Positions 1-10,234 of a stretch of 64,000 bases of DNA are shown piece by piece (the first letter of the stretch is position 1; each line of letters opens with the position of its first letter). Both the position numbers and the translations under genes were made by a program. The stretch spans positions 2,984-66,983 of the forward strand of contig CAIMIV010000070.1 in NCBI GenBank assembly GCA_903841185.1. The letters run 5' to 3'. A model generated the notes under the pieces. It was not told the origin of the DNA. It searched no databases and saw only the letters and a program-made list of their open reading frames with translations. The stretch comes from an uncultured bacterium. GTDB lineage: Bacteria > Patescibacteriota > Minisyncoccia > Moranbacterales > UBA2206.

Positions 1-59
1 CACACTTCCCGCGCCAAGGGAATTCTCACTCTCTTCATCCGCTTTATCAGGTGTTCCAA

Positions 60-704
60 TTAATTTTCTTCCCCATGAAACAAGGCAAAATCACTGGCAA
101 ATAATTTTTGCGCAATATGAAAGATGCCATAGGTAATGAAAAAAGCCGAGAAGACATCAATAGAGTAATGCAGGTGCCCCAAGATCACACTCACCCCGAA
201 GAAAATAGAAGCCCCGATAGATGCCCAGCGGATTTGTTTATTCTGCCAAAAAATGAGCGCGATGAGAAAAGGCAAGCCGGTATGCCCCGAAAAAAAATAG
301 TCGCCGCCAAAATTCAAGGAATAGAGCAAGTCGGTCGGGTCCAAATAGGAACGCTCCGGAAAGGGACCCAAATGCGTCATAGTGACAAAAAGAGATCGCG
401 TGATATAGAAAATAGCGATGCTTTTTAGGGTAAAGGGAATTTTTTTGGGATCGAGAAAAAGCATAAAAACCACAAAAGAAACAAACAAAATTATCCCCTC
501 ATTGACAATAAAATCCACATTAAAGACCGGCAAATTGCTAAGCAAAATGTCATTCACGGCATTACTAGCCATGCCGGTGGCATAGATGCTAGTGAAATGA
601 TTCAGGAGCACGCTGGCGGCCAAGAACAAGAAACTGGTAGCGACAGAAATTAAAAAATTCTTACTGCACCATAAATTTTTGTGTCGTGTAAAGAGACGGT
701 TCAT
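60..704 (-). CDS. PAP2/sphingomyelin-synthase-like membrane phosphotransferase/phosphatase
   Basis: Multi-TM protein with GDYFFSGHT and HYSIDV motifs typical of the PAP2_C/SMS family. Confidence 0.8.
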   Translation of the reverse strand: MNRLFTRHKNLWCSKNFLISVATSFLFLAASVLLNHFTSIYATGMASNAVNDILLSNLPVFNVDFIVNEGIILFVSFVVFMLFLDPKKIPFTLKSIAIFYITRSLFVTMTHLGPFPERSYLDPTDLLYSLNFGGDYFFSGHTGLPFLIALIFWQNKQIRWASIGASIFFGVSVILGHLHYSIDVFSAFFITYGIFHIAQKLFASDFALFHGEEN

Positions 705-712
705 AATTTTTA

Positions 713-1453
713 TTAGAGATTTCTTATATCTTTATATTCCCGGGTAAAAGGTTTTTTGAAAAGGATAATCCAAAAGTGATTGATGATATAGCGCAAGCCG
801 GTCAGGCAAATGCCTTCCCCCCGAAAACGCCGACTAGAGGTGTGCATTTTCAAACTAAACATAAATTTTACCCGACCGACTCGCTGAATACGCCTGGCAA
901 TGTCCGTATCCTCCCCATAAAAAGCAATGGAGGTATCATAACCACCCACTTTTTCGAGGGCGGATCTGCGCAAAATAAAATTTCCGCCTTGCAGCATAGC
1001 TCCCACTTTAAAAAAATGATGGTTGATGATATGCCCGATAAAGCCAATGCCATAATAAATGTAGTTGATGAAATTGGTCAGTTGCGGCATTTCCGGATAG
1101 ACATACGGACCGCTCAGTGCTACCAGATTGGGATTCTTGGAAAATTCCACGAAAACTTTTTCTATCCAGCCGGAGGGAAGAGTAGAATCCGCATCCACGT
1201 TGGCAATGATATCGCCACTCGAGGCCAGATAACCGCTATGCCGTGCTTGGGAAAGTCCTTTCTTGGGCTCATAGACCAGTTTCGCTTCCGGAAAAGATTT
1301 CGCAACTGCACTTGTCTTGTCCGTACTGGCATTGTCCACCACAACCACCTCGATAGCATACGGCGTTTTTTTGATTTCATAAAAAACTGCCTCCAGGCAT
1401 TTTCCCAAATAATTCTCTTCGTTGTAGGCTGGAATAACGATGCTTAGTTTCAT
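713..1453 (-). CDS. Glycosyltransferase family 2
   Basis: SIVIPAYNEE, VVDNASTD, DAD (DxD) and GED motifs. Confidence 0.9.
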   Translation of the reverse strand: MKLSIVIPAYNEENYLGKCLEAVFYEIKKTPYAIEVVVVDNASTDKTSAVAKSFPEAKLVYEPKKGLSQARHSGYLASSGDIIANVDADSTLPSGWIEKVFVEFSKNPNLVALSGPYVYPEMPQLTNFINYIYYGIGFIGHIINHHFFKVGAMLQGGNFILRRSALEKVGGYDTSIAFYGEDTDIARRIQRVGRVKFMFSLKMHTSSRRFRGEGICLTGLRYIINHFWIILFKKPFTREYKDIRNL

Positions 1454-1466
1454 ATAATTAAAAAAA

Positions 1467-2660
1467 TTATTTGCTTTTACATTCCAGTTGCACTTCTTTA
1501 TACAACTGATTCCATTCTGCGGCTATCTTGGCTGGAGAATATCCTTGCACCATGGCAATCCCCCGCGCTCCCAATTCCTTTCTTTTTTCCGGATTTTCAA
1601 ACAAGAACAGAATTTTTTCTGCAATGCCCTGATAATCTCCGGGCTCCAAAATAAAACCATTTTCTTTTTTGATATATTCCGGCAAGGCTCGGGCATTGAC
1701 ACCGATAGCCGGAATGCCCGCCGCCATAGCTTTCATCAGGCTGAGACTTTGCGTTTCTGCGGTGCTGGCGATAGCGAAAACATCCGCCGCTTTATAGATC
1801 TTGGCATGGTCTTCCACAGACAGGGTGCCGAAAAATTTCACCATGCCGCCCAGTTGCAATTCTTCCGCCAACTGCTTCAAAGATGCCTCGGCGTCCCCAT
1901 GACCGGTGATGGCAAAAGTAATCTGAGGAATTTTGTCCTTCAGCAAACCCACCGCTCTGATCAAAACGTCGATATGTTTTTCCACGGCCAATCTGCCGGT
2001 ATACAAAACGGTAAACTCTGATAGTTCAAATTCCTTTTTATGCTCTATTCTCACTTCCTCCGAAACTGGAAAAAAATTCTGCAAATCCACCGGATTAGAA
2101 ATAACTCGGCAGGACTTGTTGAATCCATGCTGTTGCATCTCGTCCAGGATACCCTGTGAAGGAGCAGTAATTTGCTCACATTTATTATAATACCAGGAAA
2201 CAAAACCCAAGCCCAGCTTGTCTAATAATTTTCCACTAACCGGCCCGTATTGCAAAAATTCCGTAATGGGAGTGTGGTTGGTTCCCACTAAAGGCACTTT
2301 CAAAAATTTGCTCGCCGCCAACGCTTCCATTCCCGCACCGAAGAATAGGTGGGTATGAATAATATCCGGCTTATTTTTCCTCATCCCTATCCATCTCAAG
2401 AAAGTCGGGATGACCATGCGACCTTGCTGGGTGGGGGCGGGAAATTTCAGCGATGGGATGCGATGAATCGTCACATTCCTTCCTAAATCTATCTCCTCAT
2501 ATGGGACATTATAGAGCGCAAAATCTCGGGGGGTATATTTAGGCACATAAAAATCCACGTCATGACCCAGGCCTCCCAGCTCTCTGGCAGATTCAAGCAA
2601 GGAGTCGGTGATGCCACTTAGTTCCGGATAAAAATTGTCGGCAAACATGGCTATTCTCAT
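1467..2660 (-). CDS. Glycosyltransferase family 4 (diacylglycerol glucosyltransferase-like)
   Basis: MRIAMFADNFYP N-terminus, GRLAVEK and ETQSLSLMKAMAAG GT-B motifs. Confidence 0.88.
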   Translation of the reverse strand: MRIAMFADNFYPELSGITDSLLESARELGGLGHDVDFYVPKYTPRDFALYNVPYEEIDLGRNVTIHRIPSLKFPAPTQQGRMVIPTFLRWIGMRKNKPDIIHTHLFFGAGMEALAASKFLKVPLVGTNHTPITEFLQYGPVSGKLLDKLGLGFVSWYYNKCEQITAPSQGILDEMQQHGFNKSCRVISNPVDLQNFFPVSEEVRIEHKKEFELSEFTVLYTGRLAVEKHIDVLIRAVGLLKDKIPQITFAITGHGDAEASLKQLAEELQLGGMVKFFGTLSVEDHAKIYKAADVFAIASTAETQSLSLMKAMAAGIPAIGVNARALPEYIKKENGFILEPGDYQGIAEKILFLFENPEKRKELGARGIAMVQGYSPAKIAAEWNQLYKEVQLECKSK

Positions 2661-2682
2661 AGAATTGGTTTTATTATTCTTT

Positions 2683-3291
2683 TTATAATTTTTCTATCTT
2701 ACTGGCGATAAGGACGGATGCTTTCTTATATCCAAAATACAAACCAGCGATTACTAAGACCGTTAAGGGGAAAAATATTTCGGCGTAATGCACATACTGG
2801 TCAATGTTATATAGCCGGCCGAAAAAATAACCGATTACCAAAAATATGATTGACTTTGGAATCGTAACCAGCGCCGAAAACTTCGTGAACTTCATAAATG
2901 ACAGTTTCAAATATCCTACTAACATAAACCCGAAGGTCGGGATAACTGGCGTCAACTTGAGAGCCACCATCGTTTTTCCAAAATGTGCTTTCAGCTTTTT
3001 TTCAAGACCGTCAATTCTGGCTTGCGTTAGACCTAGGCGAAAGCCGAATTTTTCGACAATGGAAAAGCGACCACTATACCCAATAAAATAATAGATTGAA
3101 TCCGGGATGAGATCCCCCAAAACCGAGATGATCAGAACCACCCAAGGATCGAAGTATCCCAAAGCAGCCGCAAATCCGGCGGCGGCGGTTGTTATTGGCC
3201 CTTCCACGCACATGATTAAAAAAACCAAGAAATAGCCGTGCGCTATTACCCAAGTAAATACCTGTTGGAAATTAGTGAAATCTAGCATCAT
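2683..3291 (-). CDS. DedA/VTT family membrane protein
   Basis: EGP...AG, GD..YYFIG motifs; hydrophobic, 202 aa. Confidence 0.85.
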   Translation of the reverse strand: MMLDFTNFQQVFTWVIAHGYFLVFLIMCVEGPITTAAAGFAAALGYFDPWVVLIISVLGDLIPDSIYYFIGYSGRFSIVEKFGFRLGLTQARIDGLEKKLKAHFGKTMVALKLTPVIPTFGFMLVGYLKLSFMKFTKFSALVTIPKSIIFLVIGYFFGRLYNIDQYVHYAEIFFPLTVLVIAGLYFGYKKASVLIASKIEKL

Positions 3292-3356
3292 AAAACAAAA
3301 TTAACTTGACTCTATGATAGTCTTTTTTGCGATCTATGTCCATCGTGTTACACAAC

Positions 3357-4676
3357 TTATAAACTGGCAGCATAGGTCCCTGCGGCGTAACCGGTGCTCC
3401 AGCACACTTGCAGATTATACCCGCCGGTCGGTCCGTCCAAGTTCAAAATTTCTCCAGCCAGAAAAAGATTGCTCACTAAGCGCGATTGCATGGTTTTGGA
3501 ATCCACTTCCCGCAAGTCCACTCCGCCACTAGTGACAATGGCTTGGCCATAGCCGGTCGTGCCGTCCGCAGTGAGGCGCAAATCTTTGAGCAAATCCACT
3601 AACTTCTTACGTTCCTCCTTGCTGACAAAATTTATTTTCTTGCGCGGGTCAATGCCCGATAAAGTGGCTACTGACGTCACTAGTTTTTGCGGCAACAGCT
3701 CCGGTAAATAATTAATAAAATCTTTATTACTATTCTCTTTGAAATCTCGTTGCAAGCGCGCGTCTAGTTGGTCGTGGTCGAGCGCCGGTTTGAGATCCAG
3801 GGAGATAATCACTTCGCCTTGCGTCATCAGCTCGCCCACTTTTTTACTGATATCCAAGACAATGGGACCGGTCAATCCAAAATGAGTAAACATCATTTCA
3901 CCAAAGCGGGAATCTTGCTTCTTATTATTTTGCAATAAAGTAATGGTGACGTTCTTCAAACTCAAGCCTTGCACATCTTTGACCCATACTTCTTTGGTTT
4001 TCACCGGCACCAAAGCGGGCGCCGTCTCAATTATAGTGTGTCCGCAATCTTTGGCCCATTGATAACCATCCCCGGTCGAACCGGTGGTAGGATAGGATTT
4101 TCCGCCGGTACACAAAATAAATTTGTCGCCATAGATTCTCCGCTCCGGAAGCAAAGCCTTTTTTTCCTCCGATAGATAGCCTTTTTCGCCCAGTTTCACA
4201 CTGGCAATCTTCTTGCCTGACACCAACCTAGTCACTTCCAAATTCTCCACCGGCGCGTCATAGATAATAGCTACTTTATTTTTTTCCAGATAGCGGCGGA
4301 GCACCTGCAACACATCCTGCGCTTCATCCGACACCGGAAAAACCCGTCCCCCTCTTTCCACCTTGGTGGCCACTTGCCGCTCTTCAAAAAATCGAATCAC
4401 CTCTTCCGGCCCAAAAGCCGCTAAGGAAGAAAAAAGAAATTTTCCCTGCTTGCCGAATTTTTTAATAATTTCCTTGTCGTCAAATTCCGCCTGGGTAATA
4501 TTGCATCTTCCTTTGCCGGTAATGAGCAGTTTCTTGCCGAGAGTGGCATTTTTTTCCAAGAGCACCACGCGCGCACCCAATTCTGCCGCCCGTCCAGCCG
4601 CGATCATTCCGGTCGGACCGCCGCCAATCACCACTACGTCATATTTATCCTTGTTATTTTCTGAAGCTAAATTCAT
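3357..4676 (-). CDS. HI0933/YhiN family NAD(P)/FAD-dependent flavoprotein
   Basis: GGGPTG, GKKLLITGKGRCN, TGGKSYPTTGSTGDG, FTHFGLTGP, GPTGGYNLQ. Confidence 0.93.
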   Translation of the reverse strand: MNLASENNKDKYDVVVIGGGPTGMIAAGRAAELGARVVLLEKNATLGKKLLITGKGRCNITQAEFDDKEIIKKFGKQGKFLFSSLAAFGPEEVIRFFEERQVATKVERGGRVFPVSDEAQDVLQVLRRYLEKNKVAIIYDAPVENLEVTRLVSGKKIASVKLGEKGYLSEEKKALLPERRIYGDKFILCTGGKSYPTTGSTGDGYQWAKDCGHTIIETAPALVPVKTKEVWVKDVQGLSLKNVTITLLQNNKKQDSRFGEMMFTHFGLTGPIVLDISKKVGELMTQGEVIISLDLKPALDHDQLDARLQRDFKENSNKDFINYLPELLPQKLVTSVATLSGIDPRKKINFVSKEERKKLVDLLKDLRLTADGTTGYGQAIVTSGGVDLREVDSKTMQSRLVSNLFLAGEILNLDGPTGGYNLQVCWSTGYAAGTYAASL

Positions 4677-4708
4677 TTTTATCTTATACTTATTATTTTT
4701 TATTCATT

Positions 4709-4868
4709 AGACCTCTTGTACAATAACTCACTACTGCAATTTCCATATTTTGGTCAAATTTTCCAAAAATTTTCTTGGCTTAGCTACGGCTAAACCGCAA
4801 AAATTATTTGAAAAATTATCCCTCAAAATCTGAAAATTTCGTTACGCAACTTATTATACAATAGGTCT
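4709..4868. mobile_element. 160-bp non-coding palindromic, MITE-like element
   Basis: Terminal inverted repeats AGACCTCTTGTACAATAA / TTATTATACAATAGGTCT match at 16/18, and imperfect pairing continues inward; intergenic. Confidence 0.6.
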
Positions 4869-4902
4869 CTCACTCTAGCACAGGTCTGTTCAAAAATCAA
4901 AC

Positions 4903-4931
4903 AAAAAAGCCTCGCTTGCGCAAGGCTTTTT
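4903..4931 (-). terminator. Intrinsic terminator after the cold-shock gene
   Basis: aaaaaagcct...aggcttttt hairpin with A/T tracts. Confidence 0.7.
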
Positions 4932-4939
4932 TAGGTTGA

Positions 4940-5140
4940 CTAGATTCTTGATACGTTTACAGCGTTTTGTCCTTTCGGGCTTTCGCTGATATCGAATTGA
5001 ACGTTGTCGCCTTCTTTCAGGTCATTGAATTGCACGTCTTGCAATTCTTTTGCATGGAAGAAAAGATCCTTATCACTGCCTTCGATAGCAATGAATCCAA
5101 ATCCACGATCGGTCAATCTTTTGATTGTTCCTTGTGCCAT
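4940..5140 (-). CDS. csp: Cold-shock protein
   Basis: Start at MAQGTIK (5140); RGFGFI RNP1 and DLFFH RNP2 motifs; 66 aa. Confidence 0.93.
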   Translation of the reverse strand: MAQGTIKRLTDRGFGFIAIEGSDKDLFFHAKELQDVQFNDLKEGDNVQFDISESPKGQNAVNVSRI

Positions 5141-5274
5141 TTTGATATAGTACAAATTAATTAAATACACATACCGCCATGCAAAGAAAGTTCGACTACG
5201 CTACTGCTGCACGCTACTGTGATATATTTAGTGTAGCATACTCCCTATATTTTGTAAAGGGGGTCATTTTCCCC

Positions 5275-6726
5275 CTACTTTTCCAGGTCCAAAACCTCAT
5301 CGATATGCACCTGTTCTACGAATTCCCGTACGTGACTGACCAGAATCATCGCCCCTTGGTATTGGTCCAAAGCCTTGGCAATCACCGGCAAATGGCGGAA
5401 ATTGATGTGGTTGGTGGGTTCATCTAGAATAAGCAATCCTGGTTCCAGCAAGGCCAACTGCGCAAAAGCCACTAAACCCTTTTGACCTTCCGAGAGGGTG
5501 CCGATTTTGGCATTAATGGTTTCCTTGGTTAGCAAAAAGCCGGAGGCCACGCTGCGCATATGCTCTTCATCCTCCGATCGCATTGCGGAAAATAGCGCTT
5601 CCCGGACAGTATCCTCGAAATTCAAAGTAGAAAAATCTTGCCGATAATACCCCACGCGCACGCCTTCGGCAATCTGTGCCCCCTTAGCTTTCCCTAGCGC
5701 CAAAGATTCAATCAGAGTGCTCTTGCCGATGCCATTAGGTCCCTCAATCAAGAGATGCTGTTTTTTCTTCAAGGAAATATTAGCTTCTTTTTCTACCACC
5801 TCATGGTTGTGCATCACAGAAAAAGAAGAGATCTGCAAAATTTCTCCGGTCAAATCAGCTTGAGCGGGAATGGTGAAAGCGCGAATGGCTTTGTCTTCTT
5901 TGCGCACAGCTACTTTGGAATCTTCCATTTCTTGGGCTTTGTCGCGCATCTTTTTGGCCACTAACCGCATGCCACCACCTTTATTGGCGAAGAAATTCGC
6001 TTTATCTTTATTGGCTTGGATTTCTTTTTCATATTGGGCATTTTTACGCTCATCCTTTTCAATGCGCGTGGCGATTTCTGCCACCACCACATAGTAGTCG
6101 CCAATGTATTGATCTACTTCGCGCGTAAACACATCCAAATATAAAACTCCGTCCGTAAACATATTCAAGAAATCCGCATCATGGGAAATCACAATACACG
6201 TCTTAGGATAGCTCATGAGAAATTGCGTCAGATGCTCGATACCAGCTTTGTCCAAATTATTAGTCGGCTCATCCAGAATCAACATGTCCGGATCTTGGAT
6301 TAAAGCCGAAGCCAACAGCAGTCGCGCTTGTTGCCCGCCGGAGAAATCATTAATCAATCTGTCATGCGGTGCTTTCAAATTCACCACCTCCAACACGTCG
6401 TCAATCAGGCGATCAATGTCATATTTCTTTTCCGTAAAACAAGACTCAAAAAATTCCCGCAGCGTCAAAGTCATTTGTTCGCGCGGAATCACCTGCTTGG
6501 CATAGGCAATCGTCAAGTCCGGATCAACAAAAATTGATCCATCATCCGCCTTGAGTTCCCCGGTGATGAGATTAAGAATGGTGCTCTTCCCCGCCCCGTT
6601 TTGCCCCATCAAGGTGATTTTTGTTCCTTGACGCAAAGCAAAAGAAGCCTCATCTAAAATAGGCTTGCCATAGCCATATTCAAAGGAGACTTTATTAAAG
6701 CGTACTGCTACATTGTCTTTAGTCAT
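5275..6726 (-). CDS. ABC-F family ATPase
   Basis: Two ABC domains (GQNGAGKS, FSGGQ, LDEPTN; GPNGIGKS, LDEPTNH), helical linker, no TM. Confidence 0.9.
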   Translation of the reverse strand: MTKDNVAVRFNKVSFEYGYGKPILDEASFALRQGTKITLMGQNGAGKSTILNLITGELKADDGSIFVDPDLTIAYAKQVIPREQMTLTLREFFESCFTEKKYDIDRLIDDVLEVVNLKAPHDRLINDFSGGQQARLLLASALIQDPDMLILDEPTNNLDKAGIEHLTQFLMSYPKTCIVISHDADFLNMFTDGVLYLDVFTREVDQYIGDYYVVVAEIATRIEKDERKNAQYEKEIQANKDKANFFANKGGGMRLVAKKMRDKAQEMEDSKVAVRKEDKAIRAFTIPAQADLTGEILQISSFSVMHNHEVVEKEANISLKKKQHLLIEGPNGIGKSTLIESLALGKAKGAQIAEGVRVGYYRQDFSTLNFEDTVREALFSAMRSEDEEHMRSVASGFLLTKETINAKIGTLSEGQKGLVAFAQLALLEPGLLILDEPTNHINFRHLPVIAKALDQYQGAMILVSHVREFVEQVHIDEVLDLEK

Positions 6727-6947
6727 AATTGGTATAATTTTATAAAATAATCGTGAGTTTATATTATACCTTGTATTTTAAATATTGTGAAGAGCTGGTG
6801 CAAATAACTTTTTTGCCTGGTTTTTTTTGCTTCAAGCTAGGCTTTATTCTCGCCGTCGTGTATTTTCTCTTGACAAAAATGGAAATATATGCTAGGCTAT
6901 CCAGTTATCTTAAATTAATTAAGAATAATTTATCTAAGCAAAAAACT

Positions 6948-8261
6948 ATGAAAAAACTACTCTTACTCGCCGCACTACTTATTAGTGCCGGTTTACTAGC
7001 CATCACCGCTCCTAAGGCACAAGCTGCCACGACCGTAACCTTTGGCTCTAGCGCGAAAATGTTTGCCCCTAATTGTTTTTGCAAAGCAGATGTTGTGCCC
7101 TACCACCTAGCCACTTATTGTGGAGCTAAAGATAGTTGCAATGGAGAAACCGGCACTCAAACAGCCAACGTGGCTGCAGGAAATTATACAGTCAAAGTAA
7201 GTGTCGGCAGCCTAACCAATTCCCAAAAATATGAGGTGGTGATCGTCACTGTCAATGGCAAGGACTATACTATTCCAGATTTAGGCGGAAATGCTGATTC
7301 AACCGGAACAGCAACGTATGACCTGGGAACTCTGAATCTATCAGGCAATGTCAGTTTTAAAGTACGCCACAAATATGCTAACATTTTCACCGGTAAATGG
7401 TATGCGGACGACGCTAGCAAGATTGGTTCCGGTAATGCCATGGAAAGTATCATCATTAATTCTATTCTTTTAGATAAATTAGCGGACGTAACACCTGTCA
7501 ACGGCACTTGTGGCAACCGAAGTGCTACTTATCCGGCAGCGACTACTGATTGGCTCGCCAATTCGAAATTCTGTAATGCTGGCTCAGTTTCACCTGCCAA
7601 TCCTGTCTTTCCTGCTCAGGGAGCCACTACTCACTGGACTTGTGTGGGAACTAACGGAGGGTCAACGGCTACTTGCCAAGCGGCGCGCGGAACAGTGACA
7701 CCAACACCGACCCCCACACCGACTCCAACTCCAACGCCTACGCCAACTCCAACTCCAACTCCAACCCCAACCCCTACTCCTACACCCACTCCCACACCAA
7801 CTCATGAAGATGAACATAAGTGTAAAGGAGAAATTGGTAACTATGTTTGGTTGGATTCTAATGGTGATGGCGTGCAAGATGATAGTGAAAAAGGCATCAG
7901 CGGTGTGCACATAAAATTGACCTTCGGTGACACTACGTACACCACTACCACCAGTGACAAGGGACGTTATTCCTTCGAGCATCTGTGTGCTGATGACTAT
8001 GTAGTAAACATCAAAGACAAAGATGTGGCTGACCTGATCCAAACCTATGATCCTGATGACACGAAAAACAACAAAACGGATGTTACCCTAGACAATGACC
8101 ATGATTCCCATATGAAAGCTGACTTCGGCTATAAAGGAAAACGCATAGCCCCCGCTACCGGCAGTGGCGACCTGGCGATTTATATCTCTGCCCTTCTGGC
8201 ACTTATCGCCCTGCTGACCTACACCCGAGTAAGAGCGAAAAGATTAGCTGTTCAAGAATAA
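6948..8261 (+). CDS. Secreted surface protein: Cys-rich module, (TP)n linker, SdrD-B-like domain, sortase-type C-terminus
   Basis: Signal peptide MKKLLLLAA..AQA at 6948; IGNYVWLDSNGDGVQD...DFGY; C-terminal APATG + TM helix + RVRAKR tail. Confidence 0.82.
   Translation: MKKLLLLAALLISAGLLAITAPKAQAATTVTFGSSAKMFAPNCFCKADVVPYHLATYCGAKDSCNGETGTQTANVAAGNYTVKVSVGSLTNSQKYEVVIVTVNGKDYTIPDLGGNADSTGTATYDLGTLNLSGNVSFKVRHKYANIFTGKWYADDASKIGSGNAMESIIINSILLDKLADVTPVNGTCGNRSATYPAATTDWLANSKFCNAGSVSPANPVFPAQGATTHWTCVGTNGGSTATCQAARGTVTPTPTPTPTPTPTPTPTPTPTPTPTPTPTPTPTPTHEDEHKCKGEIGNYVWLDSNGDGVQDDSEKGISGVHIKLTFGDTTYTTTTSDKGRYSFEHLCADDYVVNIKDKDVADLIQTYDPDDTKNNKTDVTLDNDHDSHMKADFGYKGKRIAPATGSGDLAIYISALLALIALLTYTRVRAKRLAVQE
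7698..7802 (+). repeat. Coding Thr-Pro repeat, (TP)17T
   Basis: ACN-CCN hexamer repeats with synonymous variation. Confidence 0.95.
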
Positions 8262-8363
8262 ACATGCTCTCTTAAAAAAATAAATTTCTTTTGAAATTTC
8301 CCTTCCGCATATAACGAGGCTTATTCCAAGTTCAATGGCGGAAGGGATTTTTTATAAAACATT

Positions 8364-9377
8364 ATGCGCGCTACCATCCTAAAACGTTTCTACATCCTCC
8401 TGGTCTTTCTAGCTATTTTCGCGACTATTTTCTATCTGATCAACTTTGATATCAGCAGTCTCGGAAAACTTATTGGCAGATCGGTCGATCCATCTTCCCA
8501 AGAAACTTATGGCATCCCCAATGCCTGGTTGGAAAAATATGGCATTCAACTGAAACAAGAAGCCGATTTGCAACAAGATGAGGATCATGATGGATTGGTG
8601 CTTGCCGATGAATATAAATATGATACCAATCCTCTAGAAGCGGATACGGACCATGATGGCTACCCGGATGGCGAAGAAGTTAGCAATGGTTACAATCCCA
8701 CCGGAGCAGGAAAAATGGATATGAATAAAGATGGTTTGCCGGATGTATGGGAACAAGCCAATGGATTAAGCTTGAGCATTAATAATTATGCGTTGGATCC
8801 AGACCAAGATGGTTTGCCTAACTATCTGGAGTGGCGCCATGGCACCGACCCTCAAAAGGCGGACACGGACGGCGATGGTTTTGGCGATTCAGATGAAATC
8901 AGACATGGCTATGATCCTAGTGCACCAGGCACAGCCCGACCCAGCTATCAAATCACTCTTGATAAAATCCATGTTCAGGCTCCGCTTATTTGGTCCGTCA
9001 GCACACTGGAAGCTGCCTTGCAAGAAGATCTGAAAAAAGGCGTGGTGCGCTATCCGCAAACGGGCATCCCCGGACAAGCCGGCAATATGGTGGCCACCGG
9101 GCATAGCAGCAATTACATTTGGGTCAGCGGAACCTATAACTACATTTTCAAAGATCTAAATAATCTGCAAGCGGGTGATGAAATCGTAGTGACAGCCCTG
9201 CAGGCTAACGGCAAAATGCTGGAATATAAATATGCTGTCACCACCAAAGAAGTGGTCAGTCCGGATGATCAGCGCATTTTTGAAACAACTCCCAAGCAAA
9301 GTCTGACTATTGCGACGTGTTGGCCGCTCAATACCAATTGGAAAAGATTGATGCTCAAAGCGGAACAAACCAACTAA
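8364..9377 (+). CDS. Sortase with N-terminal TM and Ca-binding DxDxDG (TSP3-like) repeats
   Basis: DTDHDGYPDGEE-type repeats; C-terminal TGHS, ATCWP and downstream Arg fit the sortase catalytic triad. Confidence 0.85.
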   Translation: MRATILKRFYILLVFLAIFATIFYLINFDISSLGKLIGRSVDPSSQETYGIPNAWLEKYGIQLKQEADLQQDEDHDGLVLADEYKYDTNPLEADTDHDGYPDGEEVSNGYNPTGAGKMDMNKDGLPDVWEQANGLSLSINNYALDPDQDGLPNYLEWRHGTDPQKADTDGDGFGDSDEIRHGYDPSAPGTARPSYQITLDKIHVQAPLIWSVSTLEAALQEDLKKGVVRYPQTGIPGQAGNMVATGHSSNYIWVSGTYNYIFKDLNNLQAGDEIVVTALQANGKMLEYKYAVTTKEVVSPDDQRIFETTPKQSLTIATCWPLNTNWKRLMLKAEQTN

Positions 9378-9380
9378 ATA

Positions 9381-9419
9381 AAAAAAGTCCTTGCATTTTC
9401 AAAGTGCAGGACTTTTTTT
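9381..9419. terminator. Bidirectional terminator between convergent genes
   Basis: aaaaaagtcct-tgca...tgc-aggacttttttt. Confidence 0.7.
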
Positions 9420-9444
9420 AAATACTGTTTTCGGTTAGCCAAGT

Positions 9445-10050
9445 TTACTTATTTTTCCAAACATGGTGTGACCAGAAGAAAATCAAGGTAGCTACAATCG
9501 CTCCCAAAGTATCCATCAACATATCCTTTTGCGCATCCCAAATATCGCCCTGAGAACCCAAATAAGCAATGCCGGCTTCCGGATTGGCCAAATCAGCATA
9601 GATCCATTCAATGAGTTCATAGCTCATGGCTACTGTCGCAATGACAAAAATCGGATAAGTGAAAAGCAGAAATTTATTATTCACTAATTTTTTGCTCCAC
9701 AGCCATTCAGCGATGGCAAAGGCGTAGAAACCCACCGAAAAATGCGCCAGGCGATCAAAATGATTACGGGAAAAGCCAAAAAAATCCGTTACCCAAGAAA
9801 AAGGCACTAGGGCAAAGGTATAGTGCCCGCCAATGGTGTGCAAATAGATCAGCACAAACATCAAGGCATAGGCTATTTTGGAAAAACGGATATTTCTCCA
9901 ATATAGAATCACTATCGCACTGAGAATAATCCAAACGGTAATGTTTTCCACAACCCAAGTCGTGCGATCAATCGGGCTGATGGCCAGCGCCACAAAAAGA
10001 ATTGCATAGACGCCCAACAACCCCGCCAAAAATTTTCCAGTTTTTTCCAT
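9445..10050 (-). CDS. DUF2238/YjdF family inner membrane protein
   Basis: WVVEN, HTIGGHYT, RNHFDRLAH, YELIEW, LGSQGDIWDAQKDM. Confidence 0.88.
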   Translation of the reverse strand: MEKTGKFLAGLLGVYAILFVALAISPIDRTTWVVENITVWIILSAIVILYWRNIRFSKIAYALMFVLIYLHTIGGHYTFALVPFSWVTDFFGFSRNHFDRLAHFSVGFYAFAIAEWLWSKKLVNNKFLLFTYPIFVIATVAMSYELIEWIYADLANPEAGIAYLGSQGDIWDAQKDMLMDTLGAIVATLIFFWSHHVWKNK

Positions 10051-10234
10051 GTTTTTTTATTGCATAAATAATTATTACTTTTTTATTATAGCATACTTTT
10101 TTTATTTAAATTTTACAGCAATAAAAACCACTAACCAGATTTACCGGTTAGTGGCATGAAGATTATCTCCTCTTTTTTCATGACCATTGTCATTTATTTT
10201 TTTGTTTTCAAAAAAAAATTGTTTGTGGCAATCA

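Noticed and set aside
6753-6947. N-terminal extension of the surface protein given by the ORF track
   Set aside because: Overlaps promoter-like DNA; the signal peptide starts at 6948
7698-7802. Short tandem repeat as a possible CRISPR or VNTR element
   Set aside because: It is a coding Thr-Pro linker with synonymous variation; no spacers or cas genes
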